From the human T2T-CHM13v2.0 reference genome, Homo sapiens, in the NCBI RefSeq assembly GCF_009914755.1, contig NC_060940.1: a DNA stretch of 64,000 nucleotides; one strand, written 5' to 3'. Of the stretch, positions 37,953 through 51,570 are shown one piece after another. The notes below the pieces were generated by a model, which was given only the letters and a program-made list of their open reading frames with translations, was not told where the DNA came from and made no database searches. Position 1 is the stretch's first letter. Every line of letters starts with the position of its first letter. The translations under genes and the position numbers were made by a program.

Positions 37953-40900
37953 CGTGATTATTTACAAAAAGAAGGGAGAAGTGAGAAAAAGTGCATGAAG
38001 GGCTGGCAGGAGCACCTCCTGGTTGCTGCCACTCAACACCTGGCTCCAGCCTGGACCTGCCCTCTTGCCAAGGCAGCTGAGCGAGAAGCCGCCAACCTGG
38101 TGCTGGCAGCGTGAGGGAAAAGGTGGAGCCCAGGAGCTGTCCTCTGCCACTGTGCCCAACGGCCACCCTCAGCTCTGGGAGGGGCTGGAAGCAGGAGCCT
38201 GGGGGCTGGGAAGAGCCTCGATACAGCATGAGGTCCCGGAACGTGGCACTTTCCGGGTCAGGGCCTAGACGTGCCAGACAAGCCACAGCACCACCTTCCT
38301 CCCCTCAAGGCTGGGCTTGCCTTGGTAAGGTAACGAGAGAAGCTAATCAATCTGAGCACTTCCAACATGCCAGGCCGCATCCTCACATCTACCTGATGAG
38401 GAAGTTACTATCACTGCCCCAGCTTATAGAGAAGGAAACTGAAGTTCAGCAGCGTAAATCAATGTACCCAAGGCCAAAAACCAGAAACGGACATGGCTGG
38501 AATTCCAAATTATGTCTGCCTGACTCCAGAACCTGAGCTTGGAACTACTCTACTCTCTAAACTAACAGGGAACGGCTCCCAGGTCCCAACGTGAGATAGA
38601 ACTCTCTTCTCTGGCCAGCCTCCTTCCCAACCCATCATTCAGGCTGCACTGGAACACATCCGTTATGTAACAGCACCCCAAACGAGGTCTTCTTGGGCTG
38701 GAGGGTGTACAGGAATCAGGACACAGGCACACGCTGCCTATCTGAAGAAGCCAGGAGAGACAGGCAAACACGTGGCAGCTGGAGGCAGATACTAGTCCCC
38801 AAACAGAGATTGGAATGGCCACTTCATTTCCCTTGGTTCACCCTTGCCCCGAGATGTTAGCTGGCAGGAAGAGAGGAGGGAAGGACTAGTTCAAACAGTC
38901 AAAACAAGGCAGGGGTTCCTTTCTCACACACCTCAGAAGGCAAGGGTCACACAGGGCCTGGGGGAAGGAAGAGACAAATCTGCTTAGTCCAGGGTGCTTC
39001 AACAACAGCTTACTCAGAAGAGTCAAAGTGGCCTCCTGCCCCAGCCAGGCCTTCACACTTCGCAGCCTCTGCTCATGGCCAGGGGCTGCCCGGAAGGGCT
39101 GGAGAAAGTAGAGAGCAGACAAGGTGAGCTACCTCCCTGGCCCAAGCCATGGCTATCCAGGGCCTCGGAAGAGCCCCTTTCGAGATGTACTCAGGACAGA
39201 AAGTACCCACCCAGGCCAGGAGACACCCCTGAGGTTCCCAGTTTGGGGAGAGGCTCCCAGGGGGCCCTGGCAGCACCAGGAGAGCCAGGCTATTGATTCC
39301 TGGCAGAGAAGGAGAGTTTCCAGTGACATGTGCTTTCTAAAATTAGCGGCCCAGGACCTCGTGGCCTAGGGCTCAAGTTTCCCTGCCTCAGCCCCCAGCT
39401 GCCCACCAGCCTGCCCCCGACTGGGCTACAGCCTGAAGGTGGAGGAAGCTACTGAGCGCCCTAGGAGCCAGAGAGAAACAACGCATTTGACTCACATCGG
39501 CATGGCCAGAAGTCACTGGAGAGGCCTAGAAAGAAAGGCAAGTCTGACTAAGACCCAACCCCCGGCAAGGAGCTGCCCAGCCCCAGAGCAGATCCCAGTG
39601 ATGTAGAGAGGAAGAGGACCACCACTCCTAACTGGAATTGAGGGGTGGGGGTCATGCCACCTGGTGGTAGAGAGAGGACCAAGCAAGACTGAAGGCTATA
39701 ATCCCCGCCACCAGGCCAGGCAAGCGGCTGCTGGTGAGTGCCCATGGCTGTCACCCCAGTACCCAGGGAAATAGCTAACACAAATGCTTCCATGGCAGTG
39801 CAGCAGAGGCCCAGCTCTTTTCGGACCATTCCAGGCCTTTCCCGGCTATTGAGAACCAGGGCTTCCAAGATATGCCAGGGCATACACAAAGTCCAGCGCA
39901 AGATCCACGCCGTGTCTGTCCGAAAGCCTGACCCTGCTCAGCCCCAGCCCAGGCCTTTAGTTCCCAGCCTTCAGACAGTCTGGGGCTCCCCTCTGCCAGG
40001 CCCTGGTTCCCCTTCCTCTTGCCAACCCTCACAGGCGCTCCCCACCCCCACAGCACCCTAGGCATACTCCTCCCACTGCACCCCCAGCCCGATAGTTCTT
40101 TTTCACACCTTCTAGGTCCTCTCTCTTCCTGCTGGATGACCCGGGATCATTCTCCCCCCAGGAACCTCACCTTCAACTGCTTCCTTCCTGGAGTCACCCT
40201 GCCCAAGCCCCTGGTCTTTTCCCTCACATGTATTCCTCAATCTAGGCTGGCCAAAGCCTGCCCTTCCAAGCCAGTAGCAGGGCCACCAGTGGCCTCCTAA
40301 CCACCCAGGCAGGCGGTCACCCTGAGCTCCTTGCTCTGCTGCTAAGTTACCCTCCTGAGGTCCCCTCGCAACACCCTCCTCCCACTGTTATTCTGCTCCC
40401 TCTGGGATCTGCACTCTTCAGCTGACACCCTATACCTTCTTCCCAGCCACTCTTATCCCTGAAAGGGTTTTCTCTGCGGCCCAGACTCACACCTAACCTC
40501 CTGCTAAACATTGGCTCCTGGATGTCCCCAGAGACATTCTAGACTCAGCTTGTCCAAAATGGGCCTTCCCTTGTCCTGCCTGACCTGACCACCTCGTGTA
40601 GCCCCTGCTGTAGTCGTGGGCAGGCAAACCACCTTAGACTCGGCCCTCTTGGCCCCCTAGCCCAGGCCACAACCCAGCGCTTTCCATGTCAACTGCAAAC
40701 ATGCCCGCCATCATCCCCACTGCTGGCGCCTCCTCCCTATCTGCCACCATACGGCTTTCCCATCCACCTCCCAGAGCAAGGCAAATCCGACCACGTTAGC
40801 CCTCTGCTTAAGCCACCTGCTGCCAGCATGCACACCCTCAGTGAGCTCTCCTCCCTCACTAACCACGTGGCCCCCTTCTCTAGTAACACCTAACCCCTCA

Positions 40901-43900
40901 CCATTCCTGGAACACACCTGGCTCTGTGTGGCAGTCCTCCAGGCCGGAATGTCCTCTCGACCCAGCTCAATCCTCACCTCCCCCCCAGAAACCCTTTCAG
41001 ATCTCCCACCCCATCAGAGGGACGCCTTCTGGGGGCTCCTGCAGCAGCCCCCTAGGCACCTGCATGTAACTACTTCATTCTTGGTTCTCTGCGTGGCTGC
41101 CATCCATTTATATGGCTGCCCTACCAGGCTATGAAGGTCTTTAGGCTGGGCACTGTGCCTTCATCTCTGCACTCCCATACCTGGCACACTGTAAAGGGGT
41201 CTTGCACCCACTCCAGCAAGTATAGCTAAAAAAAGGGGGGCGGGGGGCGGGACTGGGCTTCCAGATGACCAGATCCCACTCCCAGGAGAGTAAGTGCTCC
41301 CTGATAGGTGAGGGGACAGATTTGAGGCTGCACATAAGGCTGGACAGAATCTCCCTGGGCCTAGATTGCACCTGTGTTCACCTGGGAGCCTGGCACCAAG
41401 AGTGGCAGAGACAGACACAGAGCTGCTCAGTCTAGCAACAGAGGAGACAGAAGACAGGGGTGGGAAGGCGCCATCTCAGACCCGTGCTGATGGGCAAGCC
41501 AGGCTCATGGCTGCAGGGAGAAAAAACATTCAATGCCACGACCTGAAGGCACAACCCAGAGCTCCAGCCTCTGCATCCTCACACCCTAAGCCCCCACCCA
41601 GGGCCCAAGCAATGCAGACCAGGTCTTCTCTGATCACTGGCATTTTTCAGCCTGGGAGCCAGCCTTCTAGAACATTTTCCTGCTCCCTCACATTGGGTCA
41701 CTCAGGCACATTAACGTGCGCTTCTGTCTGTTCCCTTGTAGCTTCCCAGGCCCCCAGGACAGGGCACGGAACATGGTCTCTAGCTTCTGCCTCTGCTGGA
41801 TCTCCCAAGTAATCTTACCGGAATCACTGTTCTTAGCTATTCATTTCCAGAAAACAGGAAAGAACCTACGAGGCAAAGGCATCTCCTACAGATACAGGGT
41901 GGTCACCAATAGAATGGCCTGGGGTCCAAAAAAAGGCCAGTGAATGAAACTTAACAGAATCCAGATGTGGCCTTGGCAGACACATGGCAGCCCCAAATGC
42001 CTCAATCTGACTGGGCTTCCTTGATAGAATGTTGTTGGACACTGAGCAGGGCTGTCGTGCTTTTATAAAGGGTTGAGTAAACCAGAGAAGGCAGGAGAAA
42101 CAGATCCTCTCCACAGACTCTAGAGAAACAGGGCCAACCATATCAAGTGGGGAGAGCCACGGCTCATAAGCACTTTTCGGCAGCCCTGTCTTCCCCCATG
42201 AGCAAGGGGAAGAGGACATGGGCTTAATAGGAAATGGGGAAGAAGCAAGTCCCAACCAAAAGATTCCGTGCTGTGGCCACCTGCTGTGGCCATGCTGCTG
42301 ACCTGACGGGTTTCAGGTGAGTCAAGTCATTCAACCCCCAGCCCCTGTATATACATGGCATTCACACAAGCTCACTCCTCTGCCCCCAGCCGGCAGAAAG
42401 CTGGTGTCCCAGCACCACCTGCTGACTTTTCAGGCCTACCGCAGGGCGGCCAGTGGACTCTGTGTGAACATGCCCCAACTGTGGAAGAAAAAAATGAGGC
42501 AGCGCCCAGGCAAGGAAGCAAGTCAGGTGATGCCTCAGGAAGGCTTCAGTGAAGAATGACTAACACCAGGGCTTCTACTGCCCTGAGCGACTCTTACCCA
42601 CCAGTCTGGAATCAGGAAAACAGGTTACAACTGGGAGAGTCACCTAGAGCAGACCCGAGAAGGCTGCCCCAAAGGGCTGCCCCAAGTCCATTTTGGTACA
42701 GCTGCGTTGCCTTCCTTGTAGCCTCCCAGCACACAGACACTGGAGAAGATGGGAAGAGGAGGGCTAGAGCTGGGGGAAATGGAGGCCGTTTCAAATGAGA
42801 ACATGCCTTGTGGCAGCTCCAGCCCACGACCCAGATGGAGCTCGCCCATCCTGAGGACAGTGCAGTAAGCACAGGGCAAAGGGGCAGGTGTAGGTCTCGC
42901 CTGTCCTCCCTTCTTCTTGAGAACAAGTGACAGACCAGCTGGGTTTCTGGGGTTTTGCTGTGTATCTTTTTTAAAACCAGCTATCTGAGCGGTTTGGGGT
43001 AAGCTGGAGGGTAGAGAGCAACCGAGTGAGGTAAGACAACTTAGGCAAAGGTAGTCTGTGATTAGATGACTCAACCTAAAAAAGAAGAAAAAGCAGCTCA
43101 GCAGAGAAGCACGGGCAGCTCCATCTGGGCTAATGACAGCGATGGGATTCTACCCTGGAGGGGTAAGGAGGAAACAAAAGATGCCTGTGGATCAAGTTCA
43201 GATCAGCAAAAATTCAGGGGGCTTCCACACAAACAGGGGCCCTCCTGTGACTGGCTGCTAACCAGCACTTTGGGCCTAACCTTGACCACCATTTAAACTG
43301 AATAAGGCAGAGAAGGCAGTGCAGGTCCTCTGAACACACAAACCCCAGCCCAGAGGGAGCTGCTGTCCCCAACACACTCCAAGACTCAAGAGGGCCTCTC
43401 GCTAGCTGTCCCCCTGAAGTGCAAGGTTGGCAGGAAGGGAACAGGAGCGACTGCCGGAGTTTTCCACAAGTGGAAACCAGTGGCTCATCCAGTGTGGTCC
43501 CCTGGAGGTGGCCCCGATGCATCCATCTTCACAAACTCTCATAGCTCCTAAGACCTGAAAAGCTGGGCTGCTTGTCTAAAAAGCCCGACAAGTTCAACCC
43601 AGACATGCACCTAAAGCTGTCGCCGTCAGCCCGGGACAGCCCATTCAGTCACCAAAGGTTTCAGTGGCCCTTCATATGTGCCAGGCCCTTGGCACTGAGC
43701 TTAACAGTCTAAAGGGGAAGAGCCCAGGTTTTCCATGATGGGCAACCCTGTCAAGTGCCACGCCTCAGAGCTGCATATGCAGGCTGCCCTGGGACCTGAG
43801 GACAGCACTATGGGTCAGCCAGGGACATGGTGTGGGCCCCTCGGAACAGGCTCCACAAGGAAGCCTCAGAGATTCATGAAGAGGAGGTTCTGGCTGGGCC

Positions 43901-45455
43901 GGCAGCTGGAGGGGGTGTTCCGCACAGAGACCCCCAAAATGCTCAGAGAATTGAGTTGGGGGAGAGCATGTATTACGTGAGGCTCTCCCATGAGACCCAC
44001 ATGGCTGCTTCGTGACAGGGGGAGGCCGAAGCAGAGACTGTGGGGGAGCCGCGTCCTGGAGGATCCATGTGATAGCAAGCCACTGGAAGTGGGGTGCACA
44101 AGCCAAAGGGGGGAAGGCAGGTGGCAGGGAGCCCACTTGGTCTATATGGGATGGTGGTGGCCCCAAGGGTTGTGAGAGAGAGGCTTAGGAGGCGACATCT
44201 ACAGGCTCTTTCATGGGTGGAGTCCAGCTCTGCAGGCTGAAGACTTCTTGAGGTTGGCTACCTGAAAACGTGAAAGTGCCTCACCCTGCTGGGCCACACA
44301 CTGAGAAATGGCCATGATGGTTGGGCAGTCACATGGGACAAGAAGAAAGGGCAGATCAGCCCCAGGCTTCTGGGTCAAGTGATAGGACTGAGACAGTAGT
44401 GGCAGAGGCAGGACAAAAGCTCAGAAGGCTTTGGCTGGGAAGCTGGGACTCTCCCACTGCTATCCAGGCAGCAGCAGAAGACTATGGGGGCCAAGGGTAC
44501 TGGCTTGCTTCTAGGTGTGATGTTTCCTTTCAGGCCAGGCCCCCTTTCCCAATTACAAGGGCTACTCAGGGGTTCTCAGGCTAACCTCCTATGTGTCCTA
44601 AGCCCAGTCCCACTGAAAACTTGTGCTAAGCACCAGGCTTTCTCCGGAACATGCTCCCCTCCTTGGCCACTAACCTGCTCACATCCTCCTTCTTGATCTT
44701 GCCTCCCTCTTCCTTCTGCTCCCCGATCTTCTATTGTTCTGCTGGAGGCTGGAATCCATCCTGTCATCACATTCCCTCTGTCCCAGCCTCAATACCTCTG
44801 TGAAGCCAGCAACCCAAGCTCAACTGCCCGGAAGCACCCTATCCTGATCATCTGCTAGGCCTCCCCTGCTCAACCCTGCTCTCCCTGTCCCCTCCTTTCC
44901 TTGCTGTCCCCAGGCCTGGCCAGAAGTCCCACTCTGCAACCAGCCCTCACACCTAGCATGATAGTGTTACTCCATGGGCAGCCAGAGCTCCCTTTCCAGC
45001 AGGGGGCTGCGTCCTGGCATTCCGAAAGCCCAGAGCAGAACCAAGATCATCTCAGACTCCCAGAGACTGGAAAAGCCTGCTGATTCAACTCCACGTGGGC
45101 CTCTCAGCTCTGTCCCCTCAACCCCACTTCTGCTACCACTGCCCCAGTTCAGGTTCCCAGCAAGTCTCACTGACAACCTCCAACTTGGTCTCCCCACTTC
45201 AGGCTCTCCTGCTCCACTCCATCCCATACACCCTTGCAAAATATTAATCCACACAGGTGACTGCATCCCAGCAGTACTGGAATACCCACTAGGCAGGCTC
45301 TCTACCACTCAGAAAAGTTGCATACGAAGTCTGGAGCCCTTAACTCCTAACCATCTAACCTGCTCAGGCCATGAGTACCTGCTCACGCCATGAGTACCTG
45401 CTCGCGTTCAAGAACTGAGCCTCTCCGTGGGACATAAAGAATGTGGAAAGAAAGG

Positions 45456-45790
<335 letters not shown>

Positions 45791-45972
45791 AACAACGACA
45801 AAGAAACAGACAGATAATAGGAGTGGCACGGGTGCTCCAAGAGGATCAGGAGGCCCAAAGAAAACGGACTAGCTGAGGCCACTGTTTATGACGTCAGAAA
45901 CAGAGCTGCAGTCTCGACATCCACCATTGAGGAATTGGGTAGACACTCAGGAACACTCAAGAACGCTGGAGA

Positions 45973-46241
45973 GGCCAGGCACAGTGGCTCATGCCTGTAA
46001 TCCTAGCACTTTGGGAGGATGAGGTGGGAGGATTTCTTGAGCCCAGCAGTTTGAGATCAGCTTGGGCAACAGAGCAAGACTCTGTCTCTACAAAAAATTT
46101 AAAAATTAGGACGTGGTGGCACGTGCCTATAGTCCCAGCTACTCGGGAGGCTGAGGCAAAAGGGCAGGGCTGCAGTGAGCCATGATCACACCAATGCACT
46201 CCAGCCTGGGTGATGGAGTGAGAACTTGTCTCAAAAATAAG

Positions 46242-46280
<39 letters not shown>

Positions 46281-46281
46281 A
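45973..46281 (+). mobile_element. AluJ-like element with (TAAA)n tail
   Basis: ggccaggcacagtggctc...ttgagcccag...gctgcagtgagccatgatc...(taaa)n. Confidence 0.9.
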
Positions 46282-46644
46282 TATGTTGGAAACAGGTCAG
46301 TTGTCCCAGAAAAACATTCATGATAAACTGAGTAGAACATTCAAGTCACCAAGGGGCATTTAAAGCATGTGGTGCTTTAAAGCCCCATGGTTAACTTTTT
46401 TTAAACATGGGAATGTTTTTGAAAAGCATGTGGAGGCTGGGCGTGGTGGCTCAGGTGCCACACCCTCCCATGTTCCCATCCAGTAGCCTGATCCAAAAAA
46501 GCCATGAGGTTGGTCTTGCGTGACTTCTTAGAAAAGGAAATGGTGATCCCAGGGATCAGTGTGGATTCACCAGTTGCCCATAAGCGATCTAGTTAATCAT
46601 TTCTGGAATTTTGCCAGAAATATATACTCCTTGCTAGTCTAAGA

Positions 46645-49600
46645 GTTAAGGCTAGAACCAAGACAGGGGCAAAGGCCGGGGCAGATCTAGGGCACAAGCA
46701 GGGCAGGCTAGGGCAGGGCAATGGCAAGACCAGGCCATGGCAGGGCCAGCCCAGGATAGAACAGGGCACAGGCAGGGCAGGGCCAGGGCCATGGCTGGGG
46801 CAGGACAAGGACCAGGACCGGGGTCCAGGCCAGGGCAAGGGTATGGCCAGGGTAGAGGTAGGGCCAGAGCCAGGGTCTGGGCAGGACCAAGGCAGGTCCA
46901 TTGCAGGGCCAGGGTTCAGACCAGGGCCAGAGCAGGGCTGGGACAAGGCCAGGGCCAGGACCAGGAAAGGGCAATATCAGGACAAGGGCAATGGCAGGAC
47001 CAGCAATGGGGCTAGGGCCAGGACAGGGACAGGGACAGGGTCAGGGCTAGGGCCAGAATAGCATGCCGGGGTAGAGCCAGGCCAAAGTAGGGCCAGGACA
47101 GGGTCAGGACCAGGGCTGGGCCAGGGTATGGCCTTAAGTAGCAAAGGGCCAGGGCCAGGGTCCATGCCAGTGCCAGCGCCAGTCCAGGGCAGAGGCAGGG
47201 CCATGGCCAGGTCTAGGACAAGGCTAGGGAAGGGCCAAGGTCTGGGTCAGGGTCAGCACAAGACCAGGACAGAGCCAAGGGAGGGACAGGGCCATGGTAG
47301 GACCAGGTTAAATCAAGGACAACACACCTGCAAATCCACTTCAGGGCCAGGGTCAGGGCAGGGCCAGTTCAGGGCCAGGGCCAAGACAGGGCGAGGGCCA
47401 GGGCTGTCAGGGTCATTGGCAGGGCCAGGGCCATGGCAGGACCAGGGTCAGGAGCAGGGGTCAATGCCAGGCCAAGGCCACAGATAGGACCAGGTCTGTG
47501 CTAGGGCCAGTGTGAGGGCCAAGGCGGGGTCAGGGCAGGGCCAAAGGGAGGGCAGGGCCAGGGCAGGGTGGAGCAGGCCCAGGGTAGCACAGGGTTAAGG
47601 TAGGGCACGACCAACCAGGGCAGGTCTATGGATGGGGCCGGGGCAGGGCCAGGGCCGGGGCAGGGCCAGAGCCAGGGCAGGGCCAAGACAGTGGCAGCTC
47701 CAGGGCAGGGCCAGGGTTAGGACCATGGACATGTACAAGGCCAGTGCCAGGGCAAGGGCAAGGGCAGGGGCAGGGCCACGGTCATCTAAGAACCAGGGAC
47801 AAAGCCAGGCCCAGAGCAGGGCCAGGACAGGTACCTGGCAGGGCTAGGGTCTGGGACAGGGTCATGGCAGGGCCAGGGCCACAACTAGGTCTGTGTTATG
47901 GCCAGGTCCAACACAGTGCCCAGGTAAGGCTAGGGTGAAGGCCAAGGTAGGGCCAGGGCAGGGCCAAAGCCAGCCTAGGGCCAAGGCAGGGCCAGGGCCG
48001 GCAAGGCAGGGCCAGGAAAGAATAGGGCCAAGGCAGGGCAGGGCCAGGCCAGTGCCAGGACCTGGGCAGGGCCAGGGAACAGCCAGAGCAGGGCCAGGGC
48101 CAGGGCCATGGCCATGGCCTGGGCAGGACCAGGTTCAGGGCAGGAGCAAAACAAGGGCAAGGACAGTGCAGGTTCTTGGCACAGCCAGGGTCCAGGACAG
48201 TGTCAGGGCATGGCCAAGGCAGGGTCTGGGCCATGGTAAGACCAGCAACAGGGCTGGGGCTAGGCCAGTGACAGTGACAGGACCAGAGTCAGGGCAAGCG
48301 CCAGAGCAGTGCAAGGCCAGGGTAGGGCCAGGCATTTCAGGGTCAGGGCCAGAGGAGAACCAGGGCAAGGTCTCAAGCGGGGAAGGGCCAGGGCCAGGAC
48401 AGGTCCAGGGCAGGGCCATGACAGGGCCAGGGGCTGCGTTAGGGCAAGGGCAGGGCCAGAGCAAGGTAAGGGTCAGGGCCAAGGCCAGGGTAGGGACAGG
48501 GCAAGAAAAATGGCAGGACTAGGGGCAATGCCAAGGCCAAGGCTGGGCCAGGGCTGAGTCAGGGCTGAGTCAGGGCAGGGCAGGAGAGGGCATGGTATGG
48601 CCAGTGCAGGACAGGACAAGAGCCGGTCCACAGAGAGAGCAGGGCTGATGCCAAGAAAGAGCCAGGCTAGTGCCAAGGCTGAGGCAGTGTCAGAGCATGT
48701 CCAGGGCAGGGCTGGGGCCAGGGCCAGAACGGAGCCAGGGCACAGCCAAGGCAGGGTAGGGCAGGGAAATAGTATGGCCGGGTCAGTACTGGGACAGGGC
48801 AGAGCAGGGCAAGGTGATGGTAGGGGCAGGGCAGGGACAGACCAATGCAGAGCCATGTTACGCCGGGGCCAGGACACCTCCAAGTCCACTTCAGGGCCAG
48901 GGCTATGGCAGGACAAAGACCAGGGCCAGGGTCAGGGCCAGGTCTGTGCTAGGGCCAGCTCCAGAGCAGGGCCTAGCGAAGACTAAGGTGAGGGCCAAGG
49001 TAAGGCCAGGGCAGGGTCAAAGGCAGAGTAGGGCCAGGGCAGGGTGAGGACACATCCAGAGCACAGCAGGGCAGGGTGATGGCAAGACCAGGGGCAGACC
49101 ACTGCCAGCTCAGGGCCAGGGAAAGGCCAGTGCTGAGCCAGGAAAGGGTCTGGGTCTGGGTCAGGGCCAGGACAAAGGCAGAGGAGGGCCAGGGCCATGG
49201 CAGAGTCAGGGCAGGTCCTTGACAGGACCAGGTTCCAGGCCAGAGCCAGGGCAGCAGCAGGGGCAGGGCCTGGATAAGGGCAGGGCCAGGGATATGGCAG
49301 GACCAGGGCTAGGGCCAGGGCCAGGCCATAGTGAGGGCAGGGCAAAAGCCAAGGCAGGGTCAGGTCAGGTCCAGGGAGCGGCCAGCACCAAGCGGGGCCA
49401 AGGCACAACCAGCGCAGGGTAAGGCAGGGCAATGGCACCACTGGGCCATGACAGGGCAAGGTCAGTGTCAGGAGAGGGCAGAACAGGAAGGCCCATGGTG
49501 GGGCCAGGGCAGGGACGGGCCAAAGCAAGGCCAGGACATGTCCAAGGCCCGGTCAGGGCCAGAACAGGAGCAGGACCGTGACCATTGGCAGGGCCAGCGC

Positions 49601-49860
49601 CATGACAGGACCAGGGTCAGGACAAGAGGCAGGGCCAGAGCCAGGGCCAGAGCCAAGGTCAGGCCAGTGCAGGTTCAGGGCAGGGCCAGTGCCAGGGCAA
49701 GACCAGGGCAGGGACAGGGTAGCACAGGGCCAAGACAGTGTCAGGATGGGACCAGAGCAGGACAGGGCCTAGAGTCCAGGTAACAGTAGGGCAGGTACAG
49801 GGCAAGGCAGGGCAGTAAAGGGCCAGATCCACGGCAGGGGCAGGGCAAAGACAGGCCCAT
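46645..49860 (+). repeat. CAGGG/CAGGGC pericentromeric switch-like repeat (~3.2 kb)
   Basis: Dense degenerate CAGGG(C) units with a strong G/purine bias on the plus strand. Confidence 0.95.
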
Positions 49861-50599
49861 TGCCAATGCACCAGCCCTCCCTACAAAGCTCCTACGGCCT
49901 GGCCACTGCTGCAGCCCATCCATCGCTGTAAGCCTGACCCCCAACCCTGGCTGCAGCCGCCTGCCCTCCTAGCACAGCCGCTCTCCTACCGCTCTGGCGC
50001 ACTGCAGTCTCCGTCGCTGCCACCCACTCGCAGCGAGGCGAGCTGTGGTGTCGCAGGCTCTGGGTGTCTCCTCCTCCTCCTGGCATGGAGCAGCTGGGCG
50101 GGCAAAGCCAGAAAAGCCTAGAGGAAGATGTGAGGGGTGGAAGGGTTAGAGCCTCAACTTGTCATGCTGGCCACTGGGTGGCAGGGGCCAGTTTCAGCAA
50201 AGGCACTCACATCCACCCTCCAAAGTCCAGCCTCTCCTTTTGGCCCAAGCTGGCCAGGAACTGGGGTCTGGGGTGGGTGCTGGAGACACCACAGCACCCA
50301 GCTCCCCACTCCACAGAAACCACTGGGCCCACCGGGTCTGCACTCCTCGGGGAGCAGGAGAAGCAGAAAAATTCAGACCCAGCCAGCCCTCCACACGCAG
50401 GTGCCAATTCCTGTTCCGAACGCCTCCACACACAGTGCCCTGTCTCCCGTGGTGTCCCCAGGGGTGCCTGGCAGCCTCTGAGGCACAGACCCAGAGTGCA
50501 CAGGCCCAGGAACCACGGTGGGTGTGGGGGCTCTGCTGTGCTCAGGATTCCCATGCAAACGCTGTGCGCCTGCCGCACTCCAGTATGACCAAGTGTGGG

Positions 50600-51000
50600 T
50601 CGCCCTCTGGAGTGTGGAGTCAGGGAGAGGAGAACCACTCCTTCCTTGGATGCCAACTCTGCTGACCGCTGCCAGCAGTACAGCCCCTGATAGCACCAAG
50701 CTCACCCCCCCACAGCTAGTCCTGCCCTCAATAGCACCCCCCACCTCCATCCCCCAATGCCGCCAGTAGCGTATACCAAATAGTGCCCTAACCTGTCCTC
50801 CTCCACGGGCATTGCAGCCCCAGAAAACACCCATAACCCACCCTCTCTGCCGTGGGCAGTGCAGCCCTGTACAGTGCTACCAACCAGTACCCCTAATGCA
50901 GGCAATGACACCCTGGATAGCGTCCCCAACCTACCCTACACTGTGACCTAAGGTGCAGCCCTGGATAGCCCCTGTCCTGCCACTCTGGTGGTGCTGCACA
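50600..51000. repeat. REP522-like C-rich interspersed repeat
   Basis: Recurring gcagccc(c)tg(g)atagc(a/g)ccccc(aac) units. Family name assigned from memory. Confidence 0.55.
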
Positions 51001-51009
51001 TCAGCCATC

Positions 51010-51570
51010 CAAGAGTGAGATGCTAATGCTCCAAGTCCTAATCTCATTTGAGGAAATGCATGCCCTGCTCCACTTCCAAACACTTTGTAGACAGAGGTCC
51101 TTTCACTGAAGAACAAGCACCCACAGGACATGCTCCTCACAGTGAACCCACATTTGATTAGCATGGAGACAATTGGGATCATTTCTGGGACCATTACTGT
51201 CTATGACACTGAGCAGATGCCTTTGCCTCATCCTGGTTTCATCAGGCACTAGCACAGCCCACTGGGGGCTCTGATGAAGTGACCGCTGGATGTCCCATGT
51301 GAGTATCCAGCAGGCCCCATGGACAAGCTCTGAGATCTTCTGGGTGCTACTGAGACAGTGTCTTCAGCATCTGCCTGAGATCCTAAGATCTTCAATAGAA
51401 GACTCTTGGTTTACTGATTTGGCTTGTGATGTGTGATTGGTGCTGATTTTCTCATAGACTGACAATGGCAATGAGGTGTTGGAATAATAATTTGGAGTTC
51501 TTCATGAACTCCCAGCTCTCAAAATAATTTCCAAGGAATTGGTGTTTTGAGTAAGTTTGGGTTTTATTTC
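51010..51570 (-). other. VH1-type 5' flanking sequence without its gene (paralogue of 12675-13230)
   Basis: Shared collinear words at both places: aagagtgagatgct, tttgaggaaatgcatgccctgctcca, acagaggtcctttcac, ctcctcac.gtgaacc, gatcttcaatagaa. Confidence 0.8.

Noticed and set aside
45358-45403. 19-bp tandem duplication (acctgctca.gccatgagt)
   Set aside because: Simple intronic slippage duplication with no functional hint.
46593-49871. Many Gly/Gln/Pro/Arg-rich ORFs resembling structural proteins
   Set aside because: They are translations of the CAGGG repeat, open in several frames on both strands, with no gene structure.
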